Assembly (NCBI GenBank): GCA_037189525.1
Contig: JBBCJC010000001.1
Span: 736,001 to 800,000 of the forward strand
Length of the DNA: 64,000 nucleotides
Reading direction: 5' to 3'
Origin: Gemmatimonadales bacterium
GTDB lineage: Bacteria; Gemmatimonadota; Gemmatimonadetes; Gemmatimonadales; GWC2-71-9
The position numbers were made by a program, and so were the translations under genes. The notes below the pieces were generated by a model, which saw nothing but the letters and a program-made list of their open reading frames with translations, was not told the origin of the DNA and ran no database searches. Position 1 is the first letter of the stretch. Each line of letters starts with the position of its first letter. Of this stretch, positions 39,885 to 49,161 are shown one piece after another.

Positions 39885-41009
39885 ATGCAGTTACTTGGAT
39901 ACCTCGGACCGTACGTTCTGAAAAGGATCTCGAGAGGCACCGGACTTGTCATCTTCTCCGGTGTCCTCGCCTGTAAGGCAGCCCTTCCCGACGGGGCCGT
40001 CCACCCCAACGCCCGGTTCCTGGATCGCACGATCGAGCCCACGGCGCATATCCGCCTGGCAACCCTGCCCGACGGTCACTGGGAAAATCCGCTTGCCACG
40101 CAAGAGGCGATCGTTTCTCTTGGCCAGCCCGCGGGGCCGGAGGCACTACTCTTCGGAACCATCACGGCGGCGGCGGTCGACGCGAAGGGTTACCTCGTCA
40201 TCCTCGACCGGAAGATGAATGAGGCCAAGGTCTTTTCGGGTGACAGCCTGGTCCAAACGGTTGGTCGCGCGGGAGATGGACCCGGTGAGTTTCGATCGCC
40301 GATCGGCCTCGCCGTCGATCAAAGCGGCACCCTCTTTGTGGCCGACAGGCGCCAGGTGAATCTCTTCCAACCTGGCGATGACGGCTACCGGTTCACTCGC
40401 GCCCTGCCGGTGACAAGTTTTCACCCGCTGTCGCTGTGTGTGCGGGACGGGACAGCCTATCTGAGCGGGATATCCGCACCCGATGGCTTTGCGATTGCTC
40501 GCATCAGCCCGACGAACCAGCAGGCATCGCCGTTCGGTGTCGTGTATTCGAGCCCGAATCTGCTCATCAAGATGCAGATGGTCGCCGGCATCGTCGGTTG
40601 TGATTCTTCAAGGGGGCAGATCATCCATGCCGCCTCTGCGCTTGGCGAGATCCGCGCCTACGACACGACGGGCACCCTCAAGTGGCTGACAGTCATCGAC
40701 GACTATCGCCCGCTCCGCGTGCTCGAAGGCAACGGTTCGACGAACTATGTGGACCCGGACGGGGCATACGATGTGGTGCAATCGGTCGTCGCGTTCGATC
40801 GAGGTATCGCCGTGTATGTCGCTCGACTGAAACCCGACACGCCCGTTCAAAGCGTGGACCGGATCTACTCATTGATACTTGATCCAAATACCGGCGCCCT
40901 GATGAGCGGAGGAGTGGTCGAAGATGTCGCAATCTTTGCCCACTCGACGAATTTCATTACGACCACGGACACGCCCGCCCCGTCGGTGACGCTCTGGAAG
41001 ATCCCGTAG
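39885..41009 (+). CDS. 6-bladed/NHL beta-propeller lipoprotein
   Basis: GRAGDGPGEFRSP NHL motif; lipobox VLAC. Confidence 0.7.
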   Translation: MQLLGYLGPYVLKRISRGTGLVIFSGVLACKAALPDGAVHPNARFLDRTIEPTAHIRLATLPDGHWENPLATQEAIVSLGQPAGPEALLFGTITAAAVDAKGYLVILDRKMNEAKVFSGDSLVQTVGRAGDGPGEFRSPIGLAVDQSGTLFVADRRQVNLFQPGDDGYRFTRALPVTSFHPLSLCVRDGTAYLSGISAPDGFAIARISPTNQQASPFGVVYSSPNLLIKMQMVAGIVGCDSSRGQIIHAASALGEIRAYDTTGTLKWLTVIDDYRPLRVLEGNGSTNYVDPDGAYDVVQSVVAFDRGIAVYVARLKPDTPVQSVDRIYSLILDPNTGALMSGGVVEDVAIFAHSTNFITTTDTPAPSVTLWKIP

Positions 41010-41024
41010 CACCTCGGCAGCGGT

Positions 41025-41072
41025 AAAAAAGCGACGATGCCCGCCCCTTCCGACTGGAGAGGGCGGGCATCG
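41025..41072 (-). terminator. Intrinsic terminator of the Ig-domain gene
   Basis: CGATGCCCGCC/GGCGGGCATCG stem; nearby A6 on the plus strand gives a U-tract on the minus strand. Confidence 0.65.
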
Positions 41073-41089
41073 CCTATCCGTACCTGCCG

Positions 41090-43228
41090 CTACTGGACCT
41101 TGTATCGCACCTTGACGCTGGCGTACTCCGTCCGATAGACGTTTTTTCGTCCTTCGATACCAGCCGGCGTCGTTGCGAAACCGCCGGCCAGATTGAGCTT
41201 CCACGAACCGCCGCCATCGAAGACCTGGCCGACCGAGCGCGTGTTGGTGGTTTCGGCCCCGCTGAACGTCTTCGTCAGAATGTTCTCACCCTTGTTGATC
41301 ACTTCCACGAGAAAGGTCGGATTACCTGCTCGCTTCGGAATCGAGATCTGCGCAGCCACAAAGGCGCCACCCGTCGTCGGCTCCTCGGCCACCGCAAAGC
41401 CCCCGCTCAGCCAGTCATCGATACTGATCGTGGCGGTGCCGGTCGCCACGACTTCCAGGACGACACCGGCAACGACGGAGACGACCTCGACCTTGACCTG
41501 ATCGCTGCCCGTCCCGGAGCCGTCGGCTTTGGCGGTGTATCGAACGGTCTTGTCCTCGAGCGGCGTGTTCTGGGCCAGGTCGATGCTGCCGCGATTACCT
41601 GTGTGGCTGTAGCGGTACATGAAGCCCGGGCCGTTGTACACGGGTTCTACGGACACGTCGAGATTAACGGCCCCGCCGATCGGAAGCGTATCGTTTGCAG
41701 GCGTCAGCTTGGCCTGGTAGTTGACCTTGACCTCGACGAACGACTTCGACTTGGCCCGCTCGATCTCGAAGGTGCGGGTCGTATCGCTGGAACCTTCGAA
41801 ACCGAATATGCCACCTTTATGGGTCCGCACCCACCGGTCGATCTTCTCGATCAGAGTGACTTCGATATCGTCCACCCGCGGCGGGGGATGATCGAAGACG
41901 GATCGTGCCGTATAGGTTGCCTGAGTTGCGCTATTGGCAATCAGCGTCCCAACATTGGCCGAGGACTGCCACTGGCCGATATAGTGAGTAGGAACGGTCT
42001 GCTCTTGCCCCTGCTTGTTGGTCGCCCGCACGCGGAAATTGGCAACCTGCCCCGCACCGATTTCGGCGCTGGTCGGCGTGAGATCGTAGGTCAGCTGCAA
42101 GTCGGCATCGATGTCGGCCTTGACGGTGACGATACGCTGCGCCTCGGTCGAGCCCGGTGTCAGCGACTCCGGATTGAGCAGCACGTCGACCGAGACGTCA
42201 TCGATTTTGCCGCTCATCTGATCGAGTACCGCGACGGTCGCGGTGTATTGAGCGTTGTCCGTCGTCGTCCACTGACCGGCGTTGACGCTGAGCGCGCCAT
42301 TCTGGCCCGACGTGCTCCACCGATAGCGCACCGGGAACGACTGCGTCGGTGGCACATTCATCCCCTCGCCCCGGGGAGTCAGCGCAACGTTGAACACCAC
42401 CGACCGGTGGGTACTGTTCACGCTGGCCGAGCCCGGCGCCATCGTCACTTCGGGATCCTCGACCCCGGCCCCGATGTCGCTGAAACTGGTCGTCTTTCCC
42501 GACATGACTTTCGCGGCCGTGTCGATCGCGAACGCCGTCAGCGTATCCCACTGCCCCGCGGAGAGATGGAGCAGCGCCAAATCGCCACTCATCACCCATT
42601 TGGGAAGCCTGGCAGGATCGTACTTGATTCTGACGGTCACCGGCTGGCTGAACGTGGTCCCGCTTGGTCCGAACGCATACATCGGTCCGATCGATCCGAA
42701 ATCCGTCGGCAGCGCCTGACGCGGCTGGGCCAGCGGGGTCGCTGTAATGGTGGTTTGGCCTGATAGCGCCCCGGCCGGAATGACGATTTCGACATTCCCG
42801 TCCGGAGTCCGAACCGTCCCACCGCCAGCCCCGACTACGGCGCCGGCGGCCACCGTGACCTGCGCCGTCCCGGACTGCCCTTCGCTGGTCGCCGTAATCG
42901 TGGCGGTCCCGACAGCAACGGCCGTGACCACACCACTGCTGGTGACGGTCGCGATCGGCTGCGCGCTGGTGGTCCAGGTCACGGTCCGGCCGGACAGGGT
43001 GTTTCCCGCGGCGTCTTTGACGGTGGCCGTCAGGGTCTGGGTCTGCTCCGGGACCAGGGTGATCGGACCCGGCGCAACCGCGACGCTGGCCACCGCAGCC
43101 GGAGGCGGCGGCGGGGGAGGGACGGGGGGAGGCGACGGCGGGTTGGGGGAGGTTCCACCCCCGCACGCCGAAAGGAAGACGCTTGCGGTGAGGGCCAGGG
43201 TAGTAACCAGAGCATCAGGGCGACGCAT
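41090..43228 (-). CDS. Surface lipoprotein with Pro linker, Big_2 Ig-like and ZU5-like domains
   Basis: LSAC lipobox; poly-Pro; VTWTTS..IATV..SGVVTAV..GTATITATSEG; IPAGAL...FGPSGTTFSQPV. Confidence 0.75.
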   Translation of the reverse strand: MRRPDALVTTLALTASVFLSACGGGTSPNPPSPPPVPPPPPPPAAVASVAVAPGPITLVPEQTQTLTATVKDAAGNTLSGRTVTWTTSAQPIATVTSSGVVTAVAVGTATITATSEGQSGTAQVTVAAGAVVGAGGGTVRTPDGNVEIVIPAGALSGQTTITATPLAQPRQALPTDFGSIGPMYAFGPSGTTFSQPVTVRIKYDPARLPKWVMSGDLALLHLSAGQWDTLTAFAIDTAAKVMSGKTTSFSDIGAGVEDPEVTMAPGSASVNSTHRSVVFNVALTPRGEGMNVPPTQSFPVRYRWSTSGQNGALSVNAGQWTTTDNAQYTATVAVLDQMSGKIDDVSVDVLLNPESLTPGSTEAQRIVTVKADIDADLQLTYDLTPTSAEIGAGQVANFRVRATNKQGQEQTVPTHYIGQWQSSANVGTLIANSATQATYTARSVFDHPPPRVDDIEVTLIEKIDRWVRTHKGGIFGFEGSSDTTRTFEIERAKSKSFVEVKVNYQAKLTPANDTLPIGGAVNLDVSVEPVYNGPGFMYRYSHTGNRGSIDLAQNTPLEDKTVRYTAKADGSGTGSDQVKVEVVSVVAGVVLEVVATGTATISIDDWLSGGFAVAEEPTTGGAFVAAQISIPKRAGNPTFLVEVINKGENILTKTFSGAETTNTRSVGQVFDGGGSWKLNLAGGFATTPAGIEGRKNVYRTEYASVKVRYKVQ

Positions 43229-43435
43229 GTTGTCCTCGCAGAAGAGACGGACGCCCCGAATCCAGCCGGGGCCTACTCGTCACGCGCAGAACATTCCGGA
43301 ACTGGCTCAAGGCTCCGAGGGCCTCGCCCCTCCCCGCACACACCCGGCTCGGGGTAGAGCCGAACCCGGATCCCAGACGCAACGGTCGCATCGCCGCGCG
43401 GTGTCCAACAGGCACTTGGACGCTCGAGACGACGC

Positions 43436-44443
43436 ATGCGAAATTCGACCCCCTGGATCTGGTGTCTGCTGCTGGGAACCGTTGCCGCGGTCCGCCAGCC
43501 GGCAGTCCGCCTGGTCACGGATCAAGCCGATGCCGCCCTCGCCATTCTCGACGCGAAGCGATCCGGTCGCGCGCCCGACGAGGCTCAGTGGCAGGCCCTG
43601 TTTGCTTCGGAGGGTTACCGCCGTCTCAGTTCCCGTGAAGCGGCCATGGGCCGCTCTTTTTCCGACAGTGTGTTTGCGGCCTTTCTCGGGAGAGATTCGC
43701 TGGCCGAGCGCGCCGGACTGCTGCGCCAGACCGTCGACACCTGGAAACGTGCCGATCTCACTCAGGCTCACGAGCGCGCCGCGCGCTACCTGCCTCGGGG
43801 TACGACCATTCGCGGCACCGTCTATCTGCTGATCAAGCCGCAACCCAACAGCTTCGTCTTCGAGCCCCGCACCAATCCCACCATCATGCTGTACGTGGAC
43901 CCGGCCATATCACGGGACAAGCTCGAGAACACCATTGCCCACGAACTCCACCACCTGGGATATGCCCAGGCCTGTCCGTCGGCATCGGCCGATCCCTCGA
44001 CTCCGGCAGGCCGTCTGGCACCATGGCTCGGCGCGTTCGGCGAAGGGGTGGCAATGCTGGCCGCCGCCGGGGGCCCGAACATCCATCCGCATCACGTGAG
44101 CGATTCGAGCGAACGCGCGGTCTGGGATGCCGATCTGCAAAACATCGGCACCGCATTCGCGGACCTGGAGCGGTTTTTCCTCGACGTGCTGGAGGAGCGG
44201 ATCGTCGATCCGGATTCGATCCGGACCGCTGCGATGGGGTTCTTTGGTGTGCAGGGACCGTGGTATACGGTGGGATGGCTAATGGCGAGGACCATTGAGG
44301 TCGCTTACGGTCGCGAGGCTCTCGTATCGACGCTGTGCCAACCCGCCGACCTGCTCCGCGCGTACGAGCGCGCAACCGCCACGAACTCCACGCTACCTCG
44401 CTGGTCCCGCGCCGTCATAGCGCGGTTGCCACGCAGCAGCTGA
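43436..44443 (+). CDS. Putative Zn-dependent protease (DUF5700-like)
   Basis: HELHH motif, downstream EG, QGPWYTVG. Confidence 0.65.
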   Translation: MRNSTPWIWCLLLGTVAAVRQPAVRLVTDQADAALAILDAKRSGRAPDEAQWQALFASEGYRRLSSREAAMGRSFSDSVFAAFLGRDSLAERAGLLRQTVDTWKRADLTQAHERAARYLPRGTTIRGTVYLLIKPQPNSFVFEPRTNPTIMLYVDPAISRDKLENTIAHELHHLGYAQACPSASADPSTPAGRLAPWLGAFGEGVAMLAAAGGPNIHPHHVSDSSERAVWDADLQNIGTAFADLERFFLDVLEERIVDPDSIRTAAMGFFGVQGPWYTVGWLMARTIEVAYGREALVSTLCQPADLLRAYERATATNSTLPRWSRAVIARLPRSS

Positions 44444-44478
44444 CGCCGTTGCGGCCCGCTCAGCCCAACAACTCCGGG

Positions 44479-44988
44479 TCAGATCGGTTTGAAGTGCTCG
44501 AACGGCTGGTGGCAGGCGTGACAGACGTGGATTGCTTTGCACGCGGTCGAACCGAACTCGCTCTCGCGGCGGGTATCCTTCGAGCCACAGAACGGGCAAG
44601 CCACGGTACGCGTCGGTCCGCCCAACGGCACCAGCTCGAGACCACCAGGCCCGACCGGCCCCGGGGGCGCAATGCCGTAGCTGCGCAGCTTTTCCCGCGC
44701 GTCGGCGGTAATCCAATCGGTGGTCCAGGGCGGCGTGAAGACGGTCTTGACGGTCACGGTCTCGAAGCCGTGCCGCTCGAGCGTCTCCGCGATGTCCCGC
44801 TCGATCACCTTGGTAGCCGGGCAGCCCGAATAAGTCGGCGTCACCAGCACCGTCACCCGATTGCCCTCGACCTCGGCGGAACGGACGATGCCGAGCTCGA
44901 CCACATCGATGACGGGTACCTCGGGATCCTTGACCTCGTGCAGGATCTCGAAGACCCGTTCGGCCTCGGCAGACCGGATCGCTACCAC
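44479..44988 (-). CDS. paaD: Phenylacetyl-CoA epoxidase subunit D
   Basis: DPEVP, TPTYSGCPA, WTTDWI, CPFC, FGSTACK, CxxCxxPFEHFK. Confidence 0.92.
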   Translation of the reverse strand: MVAIRSAEAERVFEILHEVKDPEVPVIDVVELGIVRSAEVEGNRVTVLVTPTYSGCPATKVIERDIAETLERHGFETVTVKTVFTPPWTTDWITADAREKLRSYGIAPPGPVGPGGLELVPLGGPTRTVACPFCGSKDTRRESEFGSTACKAIHVCHACHQPFEHFKPI

Positions 44989-45734
44989 GTGGCTCCCGGA
45001 TGCGAACGGGGCACGATCTGCATCTCGGCCAGGAGCCGGCCGAGCGATTCGGTATGCCGCCCCTTCCGGCCGCCGGTCATCCGCATTGGCGTTTCGGGAA
45101 TCGTAAGCCGCGCACGTTCGAGCACGTCGGCCACGACCGCACGCCACTCCGCCTTGAGATCGGGCCGGACCGGGAGACCAAGTTCGGCCTGCGCAGCCTG
45201 ATCGACGGCGTCGGTCGCGAACATCTCGTCGGTCCAGGGCCAGAGCGCGTCGACCGCTTCCTGGGCACGGCGGTGACTTTCCTCGGTCCCGTCGCCCAGG
45301 CGAACCACCCACTCACCCGCGTGACGGAGATGGTAGCGGTTTTCTTTCTGGGCCTTGGCGGCGATTCCGGCGAGTTCCTCGTGGGCCGCCTGCTTGAGCC
45401 ACTCGAACAGGAAGTGGGTCCACGCCGAGAAAAAGAGCTGGCGCACCATGGTAAAGGCGAAATCGCCGCGGGGCAGCTCCACCATCTGCAGGTTGCGGAA
45501 CTGGGTCTCGTCGCGCCAGTAGGCCAGCGCATCGGCGTCCCGGCCCTGACCTTCGACTCGGCCAGCCAGGTCGAGCAGCAGCTGGGCAGCACCGGTCAGG
45601 TCGAGGGCGATATTGGTGATCGCAATATCCTCTTCCAGGATCGGCCCGTGTCCGCACCACTCCGCATTGCGATGGCCCAGGATCAGGCGATCGTCGCCCA
45701 GGCGGAGGAGAAACTCGAAGAGAGGCGCCGACAC
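44982..45734 (-). CDS. paaC: Phenylacetyl-CoA epoxidase subunit C
   Basis: EWCGHGPILEEDIA, KENRYH, RLGDGTEES, GRHTE, HPGATW. Confidence 0.93.
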   Translation of the reverse strand: MSAPLFEFLLRLGDDRLILGHRNAEWCGHGPILEEDIAITNIALDLTGAAQLLLDLAGRVEGQGRDADALAYWRDETQFRNLQMVELPRGDFAFTMVRQLFFSAWTHFLFEWLKQAAHEELAGIAAKAQKENRYHLRHAGEWVVRLGDGTEESHRRAQEAVDALWPWTDEMFATDAVDQAAQAELGLPVRPDLKAEWRAVVADVLERARLTIPETPMRMTGGRKGRHTESLGRLLAEMQIVPRSHPGATW

Positions 45735-45735
45735 G

Positions 45736-46038
45736 TCAGACGCCTCGCACGCCGCGCGGGATCTTATAGAACTGCGGGTGCCGGTAGGCCTTGTCGTTAC
45801 CCGGATCGAAGAACGGCCCCGCATCGCTCGGCGCGGAGGCGATGATCGCCTGGCTGGGCACCACCCAGAGACTGACCGCTTCACCCCGCCGGGTGTAGAC
45901 GTCGCGCGCGTTCTGCAGCGCGATTTCCGCGTCGGGGGCATGCAGGCTGCCGGCGTGCTCGTGCGGCTTCCCGTTCGGCGGCTGGGTAAAGACCTCCCAG
46001 AGCGGCCACTCGTTGCGATCGGTCGTTTCGGTCGCCAT
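45736..46038 (-). CDS. paaB: Phenylacetyl-CoA epoxidase subunit B
   Basis: WPLWEVF, HAGSLHA, ARDVYTRR, YRHP. Confidence 0.93.
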   Translation of the reverse strand: MATETTDRNEWPLWEVFTQPPNGKPHEHAGSLHAPDAEIALQNARDVYTRRGEAVSLWVVPSQAIIASAPSDAGPFFDPGNDKAYRHPQFYKIPRGVRGV

Positions 46039-46052
46039 GCTGTCCTCGTTCG

Positions 46053-47015
46053 TTAGGCGGCCTGGGTCGCGCTCTGCCGCTTGGCCGCATAGGCCAGCGC
46101 CGCATCGCGTACCCACTGCCCGTCTTCGTGCGCCTTCCGGCGCGCCGCGATCCGTTCCTGGTTGCAGGGCCCGTTCCCGGCCAGCACCTGCTTGAACTCC
46201 TCCCAGTCGATCGGACCGGTCAACCAGTCGCCCGAGGCTTCGTCGAAGCGCAACTCGGGATCGGGAATCGTGAGGTCGATGGCCTTGGCCTGGGGAATGG
46301 TCAGGTTGATGAACCGCTGGCGCAGTTCGTCGTTCCCCTTCTGCTTCACCTTCCAACGCAGCAGGTCGCCGCTGTTGGGCGAATCCTTGTCGTGCGGCCC
46401 GAACATCATCAGCGATGGCCACCACCAGCGATTGACCGAATCCTGCACCATCGCCTTCTGGGCCGGGGTGCCCCGGGCCAGGGTGGCGCAGATCTCGTAA
46501 CCCTGCCGCTTGTGGAAGTTCTCTTCTTTACAGATCCGGACCATGGCCCGGGCATAAGGCCCGTAGGACGCGTGGGCCAGCATGGTCTGGTTGACGATGG
46601 CCGCGCCGTCGACGAACCAGCCGATCACACCCATATCGGCCCAGCTCAGGGTCGGATAGTTGAAGATGCTGGAATATTTGGCGGTGCCGTAGAGGTACTG
46701 GTCGATCAGCTCGTCGCGGGAGGTGCCGAGGGTCTCGGTGCCGCAATAGATATAGAGGCCGTGGCCGGCTTCGTCCTGGACCTTGGCCAGGAGCGACATC
46801 TTCCGCCGGAGGCTGGGCGCCCGGGTAATCCAGTTGCCCTCCGGGAGCATCCCGACCACCTCGGAGTGGGCGTGCTGAGACATCATCCGGGTCAGCTGCC
46901 GGCGGTACTTCTCCGGCATCCAGTCCTTCGGTTCGATGGTTTCGCCCGCATCGATCCGGGCATCGAACTCGGCCTGCTTGACCGGATCCTCGGTGATCGT
47001 CTTATCGGTGGCCAT
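46053..47015 (-). CDS. paaA: Phenylacetyl-CoA epoxidase catalytic subunit A
   Basis: [40 protein letters not shown]. Confidence 0.95.
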   Translation of the reverse strand: MATDKTITEDPVKQAEFDARIDAGETIEPKDWMPEKYRRQLTRMMSQHAHSEVVGMLPEGNWITRAPSLRRKMSLLAKVQDEAGHGLYIYCGTETLGTSRDELIDQYLYGTAKYSSIFNYPTLSWADMGVIGWFVDGAAIVNQTMLAHASYGPYARAMVRICKEENFHKRQGYEICATLARGTPAQKAMVQDSVNRWWWPSLMMFGPHDKDSPNSGDLLRWKVKQKGNDELRQRFINLTIPQAKAIDLTIPDPELRFDEASGDWLTGPIDWEEFKQVLAGNGPCNQERIAARRKAHEDGQWVRDAALAYAAKRQSATQAA

Positions 47016-47039
47016 CTGATCCTCCCGCGTCCACGGACC

Positions 47040-47086
47040 CTAACAAGCGTTTGTGTAAATCTAGCCCCGGATCGCCAACCTGTCCA
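47040..47086 (-). promoter_or_regulatory. paa promoter and TetR/PaaR-like operator
   Basis: Minus strand TGGACA (47086-47081), 17 nt, TAGATT (47063-47058); pseudopalindrome CTAACAAGCGTTTG at 47040-47053. Confidence 0.6.
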
Positions 47087-47149
47087 AGGATCGCCTCCGC
47101 GGAGGGACTCCGGCCCTCGGGGGCGATCGCCGGCTCCAAAGTAGACCAC

Positions 47150-47261
47150 CAGGGTGACCCGCCGAAACACGGCCTTGTATGGCGCGCACTGTCGAAGCAG
47201 ATAGGTTATCGAGTCCCTCGTCACCCGACCTGCGGATAGCGGGCGCTGGCTGCACCGTACA
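47150..47261 (+). repeat. Copy A of a triplicated divergent-promoter/gene-start module
   Basis: Aligns by eye with 50368-50480, and more weakly with 47999-48070. Confidence 0.8.
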
Positions 47262-47272
47262 GGAGAACCGCC

Positions 47273-47872
47273 ATGAACCGCGCCATCCGCAATCTGTTGG
47301 CAACCACCGCCGTTGCAGCAACACCAGCCGGGCCGAATCGTCACCTGCAGTTCGACTGCGGCGCCGGACTCGTTGGCCAGCTTCCCGTCTTCTGGCCAAC
47401 GCTGCGCTGGGCCGCGGTTGCCAATACAGTCGTCTATACGGCAGATGATGCGGACCGATTCGTCATTTGGAACGCCGACACGCGAGATTCCAGCATCATT
47501 TCGGGGACAGCATTGCCTCGGCGGCCGAACCGGGACGCCGCTCTCGCGGTTACCGAAAGCATGGTTATCCATTCGCCGTCGCAACGATGCACTATGACGA
47601 AAGAAGACGTCCTGCGACAACGCGGCACAGCTGAGCGCATGCCTGTCATACGATCTATCAGGCTGGCACCGGATGGCGCGGTATGGGTTGCTCTCACAAC
47701 ACTTCCGGACGAACCGTCGTTCATCCGGGTCCATCGCCAGGGTACGACAGACACCATTATCGGAGGCACATTTCCAGACGTATTCCTGACCCCGAGCCGA
47801 TTTCTCGCCGAAACGATCGACTCGATCGGGCAAACCAGCCTGACCCTATGGGACTTGAGACGAACTCAATAA
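47273..47872 (+). pseudogene. Internally deleted paralog of the propeller lipoprotein 50536-51657
   Basis: First 17 aa fused directly to the C-terminal half; 199 vs 373 aa; lipobox Cys lost. Confidence 0.75.
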
Positions 47873-47998
47873 ACAAGCAATCAGGCTTACATCTTCAGCG
47901 CAGGCACCGGCGAGCAGATCAAAGGCACGGCTGGCTTCCCAAGCAGGAGTTGATCCTCCCGGGGATCGGCACGATGGCAGCTACGCTGGCAAGAAGCC

Positions 47999-48070
47999 AT
48001 GGCGCGCCGCTTCGAATGGCATAGGTTATAGAGTAGCACATCGCCGCCCGGTCCGCGGGTAGCGGGCGAC
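47999..48070 (+). repeat. Copy B of the triplicated module
   Basis: ATGGCGCGC...GCATAGGTTATAGAGTA...TAGCGGGCG shared with copy C. Confidence 0.65.
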
Positions 48071-48104
48071 GGCCGTGCCCCCTTCGACGAAGGGATGGTA
48101 GGTA

Positions 48105-49040
48105 ATGCTCAGAATCTGGGGTTCTGCCGCTCGCATGGCCGTGTTCGTCGGGGTAGCCGGTTGCTGGGGTGATCAGCCAGCGGGTCCGGACGGCATCGAC
48201 CTCGCCTCGATCGTCACGCCCGAGGTCGCGCGGCAAATCGCGGACGGCCGGTTCACCCTCGGCGAACCAGTGGACGTCCTTCCCGTGCTGTCGGAGGCAA
48301 GCGCCAGACAACTCGCTCAGGTCTTGGGGCGACAGTTTGGTGCGCTCATACGATACGACCTCGAAGCTCAACACGAGGGGCCGATCGACTTCGCCAGGCT
48401 ACGGGCGTGCGGCCGCAGCTACTTCGCACGGAGCCCGTTCGATTCGATCCCCACCGACCGATCCGATCTCCGTTTCTACTTCGGTGCGTTCTGGATCGTC
48501 GGTCTCTGCGACGACGATCGGACAACCATAAGCGTTGCGGTCGCCGCGAATGCGACCGACCTTCGGATCGAGAACGGATGGGTTCATCCCGAACCGAACT
48601 CCCTCAAAATCGTCGGGGTCCCACCCGCCTGGAACGGAGCACTCCCCGTCGATCCCGAGCACGCGGCAAAATTCGTTACCGACCTGACATCGAGACGCGT
48701 AGCCGCCGTACCGGTGCTCTACGCACCCAATCCGCTGGATGCGTTCCCGCAGGGTGCGATCTGGGCGATCGAGCTGGATGATGATGTCGTCGTGCGGGGT
48801 ATCACGTCGTCGCAGACCGTCACGACGCCGCATGTGCTGGTATCCTCGATCAACGTGTCGGCGAATGCGATGCTCCGCGGCGGGGTCGCACTGTTCCTCG
48901 AACACCCCGACGCCCGGCGCAGCTTGGAGATCCCCGACGGCTGGGCCGATTCACCGGGATTCGTGCTTCAGGTACGGCGACAGGCCGTGCTGGACATCGA
49001 ACCGGCTACGATCGTGCGGAGCGGATCCAGCCAGCCGTGA
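48105..49040 (+). CDS. Hypothetical lipoprotein
   Basis: 311-aa ORF with VAGC lipobox; no family recognised. Confidence 0.6.
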   Translation: MLRIWGSAARMAVFVGVAGCWGDQPAGPDGIDLASIVTPEVARQIADGRFTLGEPVDVLPVLSEASARQLAQVLGRQFGALIRYDLEAQHEGPIDFARLRACGRSYFARSPFDSIPTDRSDLRFYFGAFWIVGLCDDDRTTISVAVAANATDLRIENGWVHPEPNSLKIVGVPPAWNGALPVDPEHAAKFVTDLTSRRVAAVPVLYAPNPLDAFPQGAIWAIELDDDVVVRGITSSQTVTTPHVLVSSINVSANAMLRGGVALFLEHPDARRSLEIPDGWADSPGFVLQVRRQAVLDIEPATIVRSGSSQP

Positions 49041-49161
49041 GGCGAATCGGGATCGCGGTCGTTCGCGCCGCCCTGGCCGGGTACAGATCGGATGCGCTTC
49101 GTGCATCGGAATCCCAATCCGTGTTCGAGATGAACGAGCGCGGCAACCCCAAGGGATGAGG

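Noticed and set aside
43095..43160. G-rich low-complexity tract
   Set aside because: Encodes the poly-Pro linker of the lipoprotein on the minus strand.
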